Part shown: piece by piece, positions 1 to 9,144 of the stretch
How the letters are laid out: the number at the start of each line of letters is the position of its first letter
Numbering within the stretch: position 1 is the stretch's first letter
Assembly (NCBI GenBank): GCA_964536865.1
Contig: CAZHYN010000005.1
Coordinates: 56,829 to 77,447 of the forward strand
Length of the DNA stretch: 20,619 bases
Direction: 5' to 3'
Source: an uncultured Planctomycetia bacterium
Lineage (GTDB): Bacteria > Omnitrophota > Gorgyraeia > Duberdicusellales > 4484-171
Program-made: the position numbers and the translations under genes
The notes under the pieces: model-generated
What the model was told of the DNA's origin: nothing
The model's input: only the letters and a program-made list of their open reading frames with translations
Databases searched by the model: none

Positions 1-35
1 TTAGTTAAATCTGCTATTGATTAACTATCTTCCTA

Positions 36-107
36 CTGCCCGGTGAGGACTCGAACCTCAATACCCAGACCCAAATTCTGGTGTGTTACCAGTTACACCA
101 CCGGGCA
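36..107 (-). tRNA. tRNA-Gln (anticodon UUG)
   Basis: The reverse complement folds as a cloverleaf. Acceptor stem TGCCCGG/CCGGGCA (7 bp, U1:A72), D stem GTGT/ACAC, anticodon stem CCAGA/TCTGG with loop A-T-TTG-G-G, T arm TGAGG-TTCGAGT-CCTCA. Discriminator is G and no CCA is encoded. Confidence 0.85.
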
Positions 108-162
108 AACTACCTTAAGGAAAACACAGTAAATAGGGATTAAATTCTCTAATAAAATAACT

Positions 163-573
163 CTAAATAGAAGGGGATTCTTTAATATCTTTACTCTCGC
201 TCTTTTTCTGTGTTTCCTTCTCTCGATAGTAAGCATCAAGCACTTTACTTTGAAGGTAATCTCTAAATTCCTGGTTGATGGGGTGTGCTAAATCTTGATG
301 GATACTCTGCCTATCTTTAGCTAAATCTTTGGGAGGTGGAGGGAGTTGTACTCCACACCAGTTGCAGAATCTAGAACCCACATCAACCTTCTTGCCACAG
401 CGAGGACAAAATTGTTTCATCTTCCTCGCTGGCATAGCTACAAATAAACCCTGGTTGCCTTCTACTACCTTGATGTTTCTCACCACAAATGAGTTATCAA
501 AGGTGACAGTAGCATAAGCCTTAAGCTTTTTCTCACCGTCCCGAAGAGAAATCCTAACCTCAGTAATCTCCAT
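163..573 (-). CDS. spoVG: SpoVG-family protein carrying an internal CxxC-x10-CxxC zinc-ribbon insertion
   Basis: N-terminus MEITEVRISL...FVVRNIKVVEGNQGLFVAMPARK and the later AHPIN motif match the SpoVG fold. AGGAGG Shine-Dalgarno lies just upstream. About 40 aa (FCPRCGKKVDVGSRFCNWCGVQL...) sit where canonical SpoVG has a short loop. Confidence 0.85.
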   Translation of the reverse strand: MEITEVRISLRDGEKKLKAYATVTFDNSFVVRNIKVVEGNQGLFVAMPARKMKQFCPRCGKKVDVGSRFCNWCGVQLPPPPKDLAKDRQSIHQDLAHPINQEFRDYLQSKVLDAYYREKETQKKSESKDIKESPSI

Positions 574-588
574 AGAAACCCCTCCTTT

Positions 589-1470
589 TTACATACTCTG
601 AGCTACGAACCATCTCCAGTTCTCAGAAAATCCCCTTCTTATCATGGTTAAGTTCTCGTTTCTCTTTAGTATAGTAAAGAAAGCGCTCCCGCTTCCTGTC
701 ATTCTAAATCCTTTCCTCTTCAAGAAAACCCTATTCCTTTTTAAAAGAGGAGATAGAGAAAAGGCTCCCTCTTCCAGAGCGTTGAATAGACTATAATCTA
801 AAAGAACCCAATCTTTTTCTCTTAGAGCGTAGGAAATCATCTTAGCATTATCAAGAAAATTTGTCAATTTTGCTTTTGTATTCTGGTAGACTAACTTTGT
901 GGAAAACTTCAAGTTAGGGTAGCCAATTAAGTAACGAAGTCTAATATCTGTTTCCAATGGTATTACCTCTTCTCCTCTACCAGAAAGGTAAGCAAAACTG
1001 GCTCCAGAAAGGAAAAAGTTCACATCACTACCTAACGTCTTACCTAAAGCATACAATTCTGAGGAAGAAAGACCAAGCTTTAAAAGGATATCTACTCCTA
1101 AAATAGTAGAGGCAGCATCAGAGGAACCCCCTCCCAGTCCTCCTCCTACAGGGATATTTTTATGAAGGTAAAGAGTAAAGCCATGCCTTATTTTAAACTT
1201 TTTTTTCAGTAAGCTCACTGCTTTAACGCAGAGGTTATCTCTCTCTAAGCTCTTATCATCACAGAAAAAACGTATCTGAGGACGATTGTCAATTTCTATA
1301 GTGAGTTCATCATAGAGAGAAATTCTGTTTACAATACTCTCTATCCTATGAAAACCATTGGGATACTTTCCTAGAATATTAAGATAAAGATTAATTTTGG
1401 CAGGACAGATAAGCTTAACCCTGCAAAAGTCCTTCTGCTTTTGTAGCAATAAATTCTGAGGAAAGCCCAT
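589..1470 (-). CDS. ispE: 4-diphosphocytidyl-2-C-methyl-D-erythritol kinase (GHMP kinase, MEP pathway)
   Basis: PAKINLYLNILGKYPNGFH N-terminal signature and GHMP motif PVGGGLGGGSSDAA. The ATG at 1470 has an AGGA 4 nt upstream but overlaps the upstream gene by 56 nt, so the true start may be internal. Confidence 0.85.
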   Translation of the reverse strand: MGFPQNLLLQKQKDFCRVKLICPAKINLYLNILGKYPNGFHRIESIVNRISLYDELTIEIDNRPQIRFFCDDKSLERDNLCVKAVSLLKKKFKIRHGFTLYLHKNIPVGGGLGGGSSDAASTILGVDILLKLGLSSSELYALGKTLGSDVNFFLSGASFAYLSGRGEEVIPLETDIRLRYLIGYPNLKFSTKLVYQNTKAKLTNFLDNAKMISYALREKDWVLLDYSLFNALEEGAFSLSPLLKRNRVFLKRKGFRMTGSGSAFFTILKRNENLTMIRRGFSENWRWFVAQSM

Positions 1471-2368
1471 ATTCCTGCATCAACTCCTTAGGAGAACCAG
1501 ATTGACCAAATCTGTTGGATATCCCAATACTTTCTACCCTCTTAGGATAAAACTTGGCCAAAACCTCACATACTCCGGAGTAAAGTCCTCCTCTGCTCTG
1601 ATGCTCCTCACAGACTATGAGGGCACGATGTCTCTTTGCTAGATTAACAATCAGTTCCTCATCTATAGGAGTTATTGTATGGAAGTTAGCTACTGTGACT
1701 GTAATACCCTTCTCTCTTAGAATCTTAGCTGCTTGAAGTGATTCATAAACCATAATCCCGCATGCAATAATTGCTACATCCTTTTCTTTCTCCAAGCTAT
1801 CCTCTCCCAAGATATATCCTTTCCCTAAAATAAACTTTTTCTTAGAAGGTATAGTAGGAACTTTTGCTCTCCCTAACCTAATATAGAAAGGACCAGGAGT
1901 TTGATATGCAGAAATTACTGCATCTTTTGTCTCAGGTGCATCAGAAGGAACTATTATCTTGATATTAGGAATAGACCTTAAAAGAGCGATATCTTCCAGT
2001 GCCTGATGAGAAGAGCCATCTTCTCCCACAGTGATGCCTCCGTGAGTAGCTACTATCTTTACATTAAATTCATTGTAGCAGACGGTATTTCTCAGTTGAT
2101 CCAATGCCCGGGTAGTAGCAAACATAGCAAAAGTAGATACAAATACTACCTTCCCACAACTGGCAAGCCCTGCTGCAGCAGCCATCATATTCTGCTCTGC
2201 TACTCCAAAATTGAAAAACCGGCCAGGAAACATTCTGCCAAACATACTAGTTCGTGTAGATCCAGAGAGATCAGCATCTAACACTACAATATTAGGGTCT
2301 TTTTTACCCAACTCTACTAATGTCTTACCATAAGTATCTCGAGCATAAAGAAGTTGAACTTCACTCAT
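1415..2368 (-). CDS. Transketolase, C-terminal (pyrimidine-binding) subunit of a split transketolase
   Basis: FNFGVAEQNMMAAAAGLA, ATHGGITVGEDGSSHQALEDIALLRSIPN. The 317 aa length and 8-nt overlap with the N-terminal subunit gene fit a split enzyme. Confidence 0.85.
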   Translation of the reverse strand: MSEVQLLYARDTYGKTLVELGKKDPNIVVLDADLSGSTRTSMFGRMFPGRFFNFGVAEQNMMAAAAGLASCGKVVFVSTFAMFATTRALDQLRNTVCYNEFNVKIVATHGGITVGEDGSSHQALEDIALLRSIPNIKIIVPSDAPETKDAVISAYQTPGPFYIRLGRAKVPTIPSKKKFILGKGYILGEDSLEKEKDVAIIACGIMVYESLQAAKILREKGITVTVANFHTITPIDEELIVNLAKRHRALIVCEEHQSRGGLYSGVCEVLAKFYPKRVESIGISNRFGQSGSPKELMQEYGLSSEFIATKAEGLLQG

Positions 2369-3212
2369 CTGTCCCTTTCTCCTCTATTACTTTATCTAAT
2401 TTTTCTAACTCTTCCAGAGCAATTTCCTTCTCTTTTTCTGTAGGAGCGCGCCCATGGAAATCTACCACATGCTCCATAAAGGAGATACCTTTGCCCTTAA
2501 CAGTATGGGCGATAATCACTGTGGGCTTCTGTTCCACAGATTTTGCCTCCTCAAACGCTTCCAAGAGCTCCTCAATATTGTGCCCATCACATTGAATAGT
2601 ATGCCAACCAAAAGATTCCCATTTGTTCACTAAAGGCTCTAGATTCATTATCTCCTCAATGCGACCATCAATTTGAAAACGGTTGTAATCCACGATTCCA
2701 CAAAGATTATCCAACTTAAAGTGAGCTGCTGCCATAGCTGCTTCCCAAATATTACCCTCTTGGATTTCTCCATCACCCATAAGACAGTAAACTCGCCAGT
2801 CCTGATTATCTATTTTACCTGCTAAAGCCATCCCTAAAGCCACAGAAAGTCCCTGTCCCAAAGAACCACTTGCTACCTCTACACCAGGGGTACGACGGTC
2901 AGGATGGCCTTGAAGGATAGAGCCTAATTTCCTTAAGTTCCAGAGTTCATCAACTTTAAAATACCCACTCAAGGCTAGGGCAGCATAGAGAACAGGACAG
3001 GCGTGCCCCTTAGAAAGATGGAAACGATCCCTTTTATACCATTTAGGATCTTTAGGGTTATGGCGCATTACTTTAAAGTAAAGACAGGTAATAATCTCTG
3101 TACTAGATAATGAACCTCCTGGATGACCACTTCCTGCCCGAGCTGTCATCTGAATAATTAATTTTCTTATTTTATTCGCGGTCTTGTAAAGTTGCTTTAA
3201 TTCTTTTTTCAT
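2361..3212 (-). CDS. Transketolase, N-terminal (ThDP-binding) subunit
   Basis: AGSGHPGGSLSS, HLSKGHACPVLYA and the GDGEIQEGNIWEA ThDP motif. 283 aa, as expected for a split transketolase. Confidence 0.85.
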   Translation of the reverse strand: MKKELKQLYKTANKIRKLIIQMTARAGSGHPGGSLSSTEIITCLYFKVMRHNPKDPKWYKRDRFHLSKGHACPVLYAALALSGYFKVDELWNLRKLGSILQGHPDRRTPGVEVASGSLGQGLSVALGMALAGKIDNQDWRVYCLMGDGEIQEGNIWEAAMAAAHFKLDNLCGIVDYNRFQIDGRIEEIMNLEPLVNKWESFGWHTIQCDGHNIEELLEAFEEAKSVEQKPTVIIAHTVKGKGISFMEHVVDFHGRAPTEKEKEIALEELEKLDKVIEEKGTDE

Positions 3213-4152
3213 ACTTCTCTACCTTCTTCTTCAAAGAAACATTATCTTTATCTAATTCTAATCCTTTCCTATAGTATCTCAATCCCTCTTTGAAATTATT
3301 CATCCGGATGTAAAGATCCCCTAAATGTTCATATATAGTAGGTTCCTCAAGATAATTTAAAGCCTTAAGAAGAAACTCCTTTGCCCTCGGATAATCTCTC
3401 TTTTTAAAATAAACCCACCCTAAACTGTCCAGATAAGCACCGTTGTTAGGGTCTTTCTCTAAAGCCTTTTTTATCAATCTTTCAGCATCATCTAAATTTA
3501 CCCCTTCCTCAGCATATAGGTACCCCAAAGAATTTAAAGCATCGGCATGATTGGGATCTAATTTTATTGTTCTCTTCCACATCTGAATAGCTTTCTTTCT
3601 CTCATTTATCTCTTCATAGAAGTATCCTAACCAGAAATAACCATCAGCGTAATCTGGTCTCTGGTCTATTATGGCTTGATATACTCTTATGGCTTGCTGA
3701 GGCATTTTTTTGTAGAAATAAAATTGTCCTAAGTATTCGGAAATCTTTATATTCTCAGGACGAAGCTGATGAGCTTTCTCCAAGAAGTATTGATACTCAT
3801 TCTCTAATTCTTCAGATCTCTTCTTACTTGCGTAAAGAAAAATTAAAGCTACGGAGGCATCTAAGTTATCAGGGTCTAACTCCTTTGCTCTCTTAAAAGC
3901 TGTCTCTGCCTCTGAAGTTCTTCCTACTTTAAGAAGAAGAAAACCTATCTTCAGATGAATATGGCTAGAATTAGGATCCAAACGTTTTAGCTTTTCAAAT
4001 TCCTGAAGGGCCTCCTGGTATCTTCCATCTCGGATATATAAAAGACCTCTTAGGTATCTGGCTACTTGATCTGAAGAAATTTCATCTAAAGAGTAAAGAT
4101 AAAGAGGGAAACTAATCAGTAAGATTAAAAAAAAGAGAAAGAATTTATTCAT
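3172..4152 (-). CDS. TPR-repeat protein with N-terminal signal/anchor sequence
   Basis: Hydrophobic N-terminus MNKFFLFFLILLISFPLYLYS followed by repeated 34-aa TPR-like units (A..F.KA.ELDPN..A...LG..Y). Confidence 0.7.
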   Translation of the reverse strand: MNKFFLFFLILLISFPLYLYSLDEISSDQVARYLRGLLYIRDGRYQEALQEFEKLKRLDPNSSHIHLKIGFLLLKVGRTSEAETAFKRAKELDPDNLDASVALIFLYASKKRSEELENEYQYFLEKAHQLRPENIKISEYLGQFYFYKKMPQQAIRVYQAIIDQRPDYADGYFWLGYFYEEINERKKAIQMWKRTIKLDPNHADALNSLGYLYAEEGVNLDDAERLIKKALEKDPNNGAYLDSLGWVYFKKRDYPRAKEFLLKALNYLEEPTIYEHLGDLYIRMNNFKEGLRYYRKGLELDKDNVSLKKKVEKYEKRIKATLQDRE

Positions 4153-4165
4153 TAATCTCTGGAGA

Positions 4166-4255
4166 CTACTTCTTCTTGTGCCTCTGTTGCTTCCGCCTTT
4201 TCTTATACCAATGACGTTTTACTTTTTTTAACTTTCTCTTCCTTCCGCAGGGCAT
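4166..4255 (-). CDS. 29-aa highly basic protein, possibly a bS22 / AURKAIP1-COX24-like small ribosomal protein (absent from the ORF track)
   Basis: Hand translation gives MPCGRKRKLKKVKRHWYKKRRKQQRHKKK*. A GAGGAAG Shine-Dalgarno lies 5-8 nt upstream of the ATG. The ORF fills the hisG-TPR gap (17 nt and 13 nt spacers) on the operon strand. Confidence 0.45.
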   Translation of the reverse strand: MPCGRKRKLKKVKRHWYKKRRKQQRHKKK

Positions 4256-4272
4256 ATTACTTCCTCAGAGGT

Positions 4273-5148
4273 TTAATATATCAATTTATTTAGGGGGTAC
4301 TCAATAATACCCTGAGCTCCTGCCTCTTTTAACTTAGGAAGGAGAGTCCGAACTTGCCTCTCCTCAATAATTACTTCTAAAGCATACCATCCTTTTAAAG
4401 TAAGGGCAGAAATCGTCGGTTTCTTTAAAGCAGGAAGAAGATTCAATACTCTCTCTAAGTTATTCTTATGAATGTTTAACTTCAAACCTACTTTACCTTT
4501 AGCTTCTAAAGCCCCTTTAAGTAGTAATAAAACATTCTCCATCTTTTTCCTCTTCCATCTGTTAGAGTAGGCTTCCTTATTAGCGATAAACTTCGGAGTA
4601 GAAACACACACACAAGCAATTTCTCTTAAGTTATTAGCTTTTAAAGATTCCCCTGTTTCGGTAAGTTCCACAATAGCATCAACAAGTCCGCTTTTTACTT
4701 TTACTTCTGTTGCTCCCCAACTGAATTCTACCTCTACATTGATCTTTCTCTTCCTAAAGAACTGCTTAGTATAGTTAACTAACTCCGTAGCTATACGCTT
4801 TCCTTTTAAGTCTCTTATACTCTTTATAGAAGAATCTTTTCTTACCGCTATAACCCATCTCACTGGCTTAAGAGTCTTTTTAGCATAGACTAATTCCTCC
4901 AACCTTAAAACATGAGAGTTATTCTCCAATATCCAATCTTCTCCTGTTATTCCACAATCTAGGATCCCCTCTTCCACATATCTAGACATCTCTTGGGCTC
5001 TTAAAAGAACAGGTTTGGTCTCAGGATCATCAATAGAGGGAAAATAAGAACGGGGTCTTACTGAGATATTGAACCCCGCCATTTTAAAAAGTTCTAAGGT
5101 TGCTTCTTGCAAACTTCCTTTGGGTAAACCTAACTTTAATACTTTCAT
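4273..5148 (-). CDS. hisG: ATP phosphoribosyltransferase, long form
   Basis: MKVLKLGLPKGSLQEATLELFKMAGF and TETGESLKANNL motifs. At 291 aa it includes the C-terminal regulatory domain. Confidence 0.85.
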   Translation of the reverse strand: MKVLKLGLPKGSLQEATLELFKMAGFNISVRPRSYFPSIDDPETKPVLLRAQEMSRYVEEGILDCGITGEDWILENNSHVLRLEELVYAKKTLKPVRWVIAVRKDSSIKSIRDLKGKRIATELVNYTKQFFRKRKINVEVEFSWGATEVKVKSGLVDAIVELTETGESLKANNLREIACVCVSTPKFIANKEAYSNRWKRKKMENVLLLLKGALEAKGKVGLKLNIHKNNLERVLNLLPALKKPTISALTLKGWYALEVIIEERQVRTLLPKLKEAGAQGIIEYPLNKLIY

Positions 5149-5168
5149 AGCTGACTCACAGAAAATAA

Positions 5169-5197
5169 ATTATACAATCATCATATTTTATTGTAAA
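5169..5197 (-). promoter_or_regulatory. Candidate sigma70-type promoter for hisG: TTTACA-17-TATAAT
   Basis: Minus-strand -35 TTTACA (5192-5197) and -10 TATAAT (5169-5174) with a 17-nt spacer, in the 71-bp GT9-hisG gap. The -10 lies about 20 nt upstream of the hisG ATG. Confidence 0.4.
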
Positions 5198-5219
5198 GAA
5201 AAATTATCTCCTTATTAGT

Positions 5220-6311
5220 TTATTCTATCCCTTTCTTCCTATCTTCTAAAAATCTCCTAACTACTTCAAAAACTTCCTCTACAGTAATATCCCTTAAACA
5301 TTTCTTATCATACTTGCATCCAGGGAATTTAAACTTTTGATAACATGGTCGGCAAGATAAGTCTCTCTTCAAGATAACAATGTCTCGATTATCAGGGTAA
5401 GCTCCATATACCGTTTCATCTACAGGGCCAAAGAACACCACTGTTTTCACTCCTAAAGAGTAAGAAATATGGAAAGGACCTCCATCATTGGTAACAAAAA
5501 GGGTACACATCTTAACTAAAGCTGAAAATTCTACTAAATCTATCTTGCCACACAAGTCTATAACCCTATTTTTAGTATTTTCTACAATATACCTAGCTAT
5601 ATTCGTCTCGCTCTCAGAGCCAAATATAATTACTTTTGCCCCTAATTCTTCTATAATCAAGTTACAGAGCGTAGAGAAATACTCCTTAGGCCATCTTTTG
5701 AAGTATGCACTTTCTCGCCAACTATCCCCTGCACCAGGACAGATGCCTACTAAAATCTCTTCTTTATGGAGATTTAATTTTTTTAAGATGTTGTTGGCTC
5801 TCTCGATATCCTCCTCTCTCAGGAACAAATCAAACTTAACTCGCTTAGGTTTGATACCGACAAACTTAACTAACTGTAAATAGTAGTCAGCCACATGTTT
5901 ATCCTTATAGCCAAGGGGGAGCTCTTCTTTACAGTTAAGAAACCTTCCTCTATTTCTGTAATTAAACCCTACTCTTTTTTTAATTCCACATAATTTAAAG
6001 AATAGACCATACTGAGAGTTTAAAGAAAAATCAAATATGACATCGAAATTTTCTCTCTTTATTCGCTTAAAGAAAGAGAAAACTTCTTTTAAGAAGGCTG
6101 TCTTCGATTTCTTTATAAGCCTTCGGTAGTCGTCCTTCTCAAATACGTATACTTTCTCTAAGAAAATGTTCCTGGAAAGGAGGGGATAGACTCTCTTATT
6201 ACAGATATAAAATATTTTAGCTTGGGGGAAATTTTCTTTTATATTTCTTATGAGGGGAGTAGTAAATAAAACATCGCCAATGCCAAAGGGGTTAAATATT
6301 AAAAATTTCAT
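5220..6311 (-). CDS. Glycosyltransferase family 9 (ADP-heptose:LPS heptosyltransferase-like)
   Basis: FNPFGIGDVLFTTPLIRNIKENFP N-terminal motif and TNDGGPFHISYSLGVKTVVFFGP C-terminal motif, both typical of GT9. Confidence 0.75.
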   Translation of the reverse strand: MKFLIFNPFGIGDVLFTTPLIRNIKENFPQAKIFYICNKRVYPLLSRNIFLEKVYVFEKDDYRRLIKKSKTAFLKEVFSFFKRIKRENFDVIFDFSLNSQYGLFFKLCGIKKRVGFNYRNRGRFLNCKEELPLGYKDKHVADYYLQLVKFVGIKPKRVKFDLFLREEDIERANNILKKLNLHKEEILVGICPGAGDSWRESAYFKRWPKEYFSTLCNLIIEELGAKVIIFGSESETNIARYIVENTKNRVIDLCGKIDLVEFSALVKMCTLFVTNDGGPFHISYSLGVKTVVFFGPVDETVYGAYPDNRDIVILKRDLSCRPCYQKFKFPGCKYDKKCLRDITVEEVFEVVRRFLEDRKKGIE

Positions 6312-6313
6312 AT

Positions 6314-7687
6314 TTAATAGGAGTCGAAGCGCTCAATGTCATCTTCTCCCAGATAAGTTCCTATCTGAACCTCAATTACTTTGGCTATTTTATTTGTAGG
6401 GTTGTAGAGACGGTGCTTTTCTCTTTTAGGAACGAATATACTCTCATTTCTTTTTAAGTTAATTTTTTTATTCTTCAAAATTACCTCTATTCTTCCCTCC
6501 ACAACATTCCAGTGTTCACTTCTAAACTTGTGTCTCTGTAAGGATATATATTTTTTAGGATAAATTCCAATCTCCTTTACCTTGTAGTTACCAGCCTCTT
6601 TCAATATGGTGTAGTATCCCCAAGGTCTGTAGACAGTGAGAGAATCCTTTACCTCCTTTTCTTCCTTTAAAAACTTTACTACCTCTTTCATTCTATCCGC
6701 CAAAGACTTTTTTAAAACTAAAACGGTGTCCGGTGCCTCCACTATTATAGCATCCCTTAGTCCCACCCCTACAATCAACCTCTCTTTAGAAAAGGAAAAG
6801 CAACTCTGTGAGTCAAAAAAAACACCTTTGCCTATAGTGGCGTTTGACTTCCTATCCTTAAAAAATTCCCAGAAACTCTCCCAATTCCCCAAATCAGACC
6901 ACCTTAAATTAAATTTAACTACACACGCTTTCTTTGTTTTTTCCATAATTCCATAATCTATGGAGATAGATGGCATTCTAAAAAATTCTTTTAAAAAGGA
7001 GCTAAAATTCTTTCTATAAATTCTAAACAGAGAAGGCTGATATCTTTTTACCTCTTCAATAAACACGCTCTTTTTAAAAGAAAATATCCCTGCATTCCAC
7101 AATGCCCCCTTCCTCAAAAGAATGTGCAAACGTCTCCCTTTAGGTTTCTCTACAAATCTATCTACTAAATAACCTACTCTCAGGCGCTTTTTTAAAAGAA
7201 TATAACCATAACCCTCCTTAAGAGCAGTGGGTTTTACACCAAAAGTGACCAGATATCCCAAACTAGCTAACTTACCAGCTTTTTTTAGGCAGGCTTTAAA
7301 TCGATTTAGGGGCTTTATAATATGATCGGAGGGAAATACAAAAAATAACTCATCATCTGCAACCTTATCTTCTAAATATTTTAAAACGGTTAAAACCGAA
7401 GGAAGGGTACTTTTTGGTTTCGGCTCTAAAACAAGATTACGCTTTAAATAATCTTTTTCTTTTTGGGAAATTCCTAAAGAATCAATTTGATTAAAGATAT
7501 GAAACTTATAATCTTGGTGAGAGCTGATAAATATATCGTAAGGATTAAATATACTTAAAACCCGTTTTAAGGTAATCTGAAATAAACTCTTTCCGTCTAA
7601 AAACTCTACGAACTGCTTAGGATAATTTATTCTCGAAAGAGGCCAAAGTCTGGTTCCTTTACCTCCTGCTAATACTACTGCTTTCAT
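6314..7687 (-). CDS. manC: Mannose-1-phosphate guanylyltransferase / mannose-6-phosphate isomerase (type II PMI, bifunctional)
   Basis: MKAVVLAGGKGTRLWPLSR nucleotidyltransferase motif plus a C-terminal cupin (RPWGYY...SLQRHKFRSEHWNVVEG...IEVQIGTYLGEDDIERFDSY). Confidence 0.85.
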   Translation of the reverse strand: MKAVVLAGGKGTRLWPLSRINYPKQFVEFLDGKSLFQITLKRVLSIFNPYDIFISSHQDYKFHIFNQIDSLGISQKEKDYLKRNLVLEPKPKSTLPSVLTVLKYLEDKVADDELFFVFPSDHIIKPLNRFKACLKKAGKLASLGYLVTFGVKPTALKEGYGYILLKKRLRVGYLVDRFVEKPKGRRLHILLRKGALWNAGIFSFKKSVFIEEVKRYQPSLFRIYRKNFSSFLKEFFRMPSISIDYGIMEKTKKACVVKFNLRWSDLGNWESFWEFFKDRKSNATIGKGVFFDSQSCFSFSKERLIVGVGLRDAIIVEAPDTVLVLKKSLADRMKEVVKFLKEEKEVKDSLTVYRPWGYYTILKEAGNYKVKEIGIYPKKYISLQRHKFRSEHWNVVEGRIEVILKNKKINLKRNESIFVPKREKHRLYNPTNKIAKVIEVQIGTYLGEDDIERFDSY

Positions 7688-9144
7688 TATTGACTCCTCA
7701 ATTCTTTCAAACGCTTGGAAAAATAACCTCCGGTATAACCGTCTAAACTAGCAGTGAGCTCTCTAAGACGTAACTCTTTTTTCATCCTCTCCTCATCAGG
7801 TAAGGTAGGATCTTTTAATGCTATCTTTATCCGCAACCTCTCATAATATAACCCATTCACATCATCAAGAATAGTAGTCCTTAATTGGGTGTTGAGTCGA
7901 CTCCGCGTATCTATATCATCTTGATAGGTATTCCAAATCAAATCTCCTAAATCCCAGCTAAAACTTAAACCCCAATCACGGGGACCAATATAGTATCTAT
8001 CAGAACTGCTGTCGTAATTTATAGTCTTATCATAATCTAAACTTACCGTAGGAAGGATTGCTCTAAACTTTAGGTGCTTTCTCCACCTTCTGATCTTCTC
8101 TGGATGAACCTCATTATATCTTAACGCCGCCTCTTGAACTTCTCTTATACTAGGCTCATATTTAAGCAACTTATCTAAATCTCGTGTGTATTTACCTCTG
8201 CTATACTCTTCTTTAAAATATAAACCCTTAGTGGTAGCTACAAAAAGCCTACCTCTCTTATCAAAATCTAAATCAAAAATATCTTTGGTAGGTAAACCCT
8301 CAAAGATAGCTTCAGAAACCTCATCTTTAAGGTTTACTTTAAAAATACCTCTATTAGTCCCTAAATATAAGTTATTTCTGTCACTCTTAGGCTTAGCTAT
8401 TGCTCTAATATCAGCATTTTCTATTATAGGAAGGTGAACTTTTATGAATCTATTTCCTTTATCTTCAGAGAAAAAGAGGCCTTTACTGGTACCTAAGTAG
8501 ATTTTATCTCTAAAGTAATAATCTACTTTTATCACTCTGCATACAAGACTAAATTCCTCTTGCTCTTGTTGTTCTTCAATTAGAGGAAAACTTCGCTTAA
8601 AACGCTTCCCATCAAAAGAAACATACACTCCTAAATTCGAAGCTAAATAAATAGACTGGGAAGAAAAATCTATAGAATAAACTACCAAATCCTGAGGTAA
8701 GGTCTCCTCCTTTTTCCACTTTGTAGTATCCTCCGAAGAGGAATAAAGTCCAGAAGTTGTCCCTACATATACTGTATTTCTATTCTTTCCCACACATTTA
8801 ATCTCAACCTCAGGAGGAGAGATAAATACTTTCTCTATTTTATCTTCGAAAATCCTATAAAGGGAAGAAGTGGTAGCTAAGTAAATGTTGTCGTATAGAA
8901 CATCATCCACACACAAATCCCTTATACCTTCATCTTTAGCTACAAGAATTTTTTTCCAGGTTTTTCCTCCATCCCTACTTCTAAATAGAGAATTAGATGA
9001 GGTAGTATAGAGTAAATTATCATCAAAATTGGATACATAAATTCTATAAAGCGCTGCTTTCTCAATCCCTCCCAGCTTAACAAATCCTGCCCAAGCGCTC
9101 TCTATAAAGACAAATAAAAAAACTGGCACCCACAATGCCCTCAT
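7687..9144 (-). CDS. Secreted two-domain protein: N-terminal BNR/Asp-box beta-propeller-like region plus an uncharacterised C-terminal domain
   Basis: Signal peptide MRALWVPVFLFVFIESAWA. Asp-box SRDGGKTWKK. Repeated Y(L/V)(G/A)T..GL(Y/F) blades. A 1-nt overlap (TAATG) with manC suggests translational coupling. Confidence 0.6.
   Translation of the reverse strand: MRALWVPVFLFVFIESAWAGFVKLGGIEKAALYRIYVSNFDDNLLYTTSSNSLFRSRDGGKTWKKILVAKDEGIRDLCVDDVLYDNIYLATTSSLYRIFEDKIEKVFISPPEVEIKCVGKNRNTVYVGTTSGLYSSSEDTTKWKKEETLPQDLVVYSIDFSSQSIYLASNLGVYVSFDGKRFKRSFPLIEEQQEQEEFSLVCRVIKVDYYFRDKIYLGTSKGLFFSEDKGNRFIKVHLPIIENADIRAIAKPKSDRNNLYLGTNRGIFKVNLKDEVSEAIFEGLPTKDIFDLDFDKRGRLFVATTKGLYFKEEYSRGKYTRDLDKLLKYEPSIREVQEAALRYNEVHPEKIRRWRKHLKFRAILPTVSLDYDKTINYDSSSDRYYIGPRDWGLSFSWDLGDLIWNTYQDDIDTRSRLNTQLRTTILDDVNGLYYERLRIKIALKDPTLPDEERMKKELRLRELTASLDGYTGGYFSKRLKELRSQ

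Noticed and set aside
1-162. tRNA-Gln at the window edge, as an integration site for a mobile element
   Set aside because: No integrase, no direct repeat of the tRNA 3' end and no foreign-looking genes are next to it within the window. The flanking spoVG-ispE genes are core.
1415-1470. 56-nt overlap between the transketolase C-subunit and ispE, as a possible programmed feature
   Set aside because: Most likely an over-extended ispE start. The conserved PAKINL motif begins 23 codons in, and alternative internal TTG starts exist. It cannot be resolved without homologue alignment.
1415-3212. Split transketolase next to ispE, as a possible DXS substitute for the MEP pathway
   Set aside because: The motifs match the ordinary two-subunit transketolase family. 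Adjacency alone is weak evidence, and no sequence feature specific to DXS was seen.
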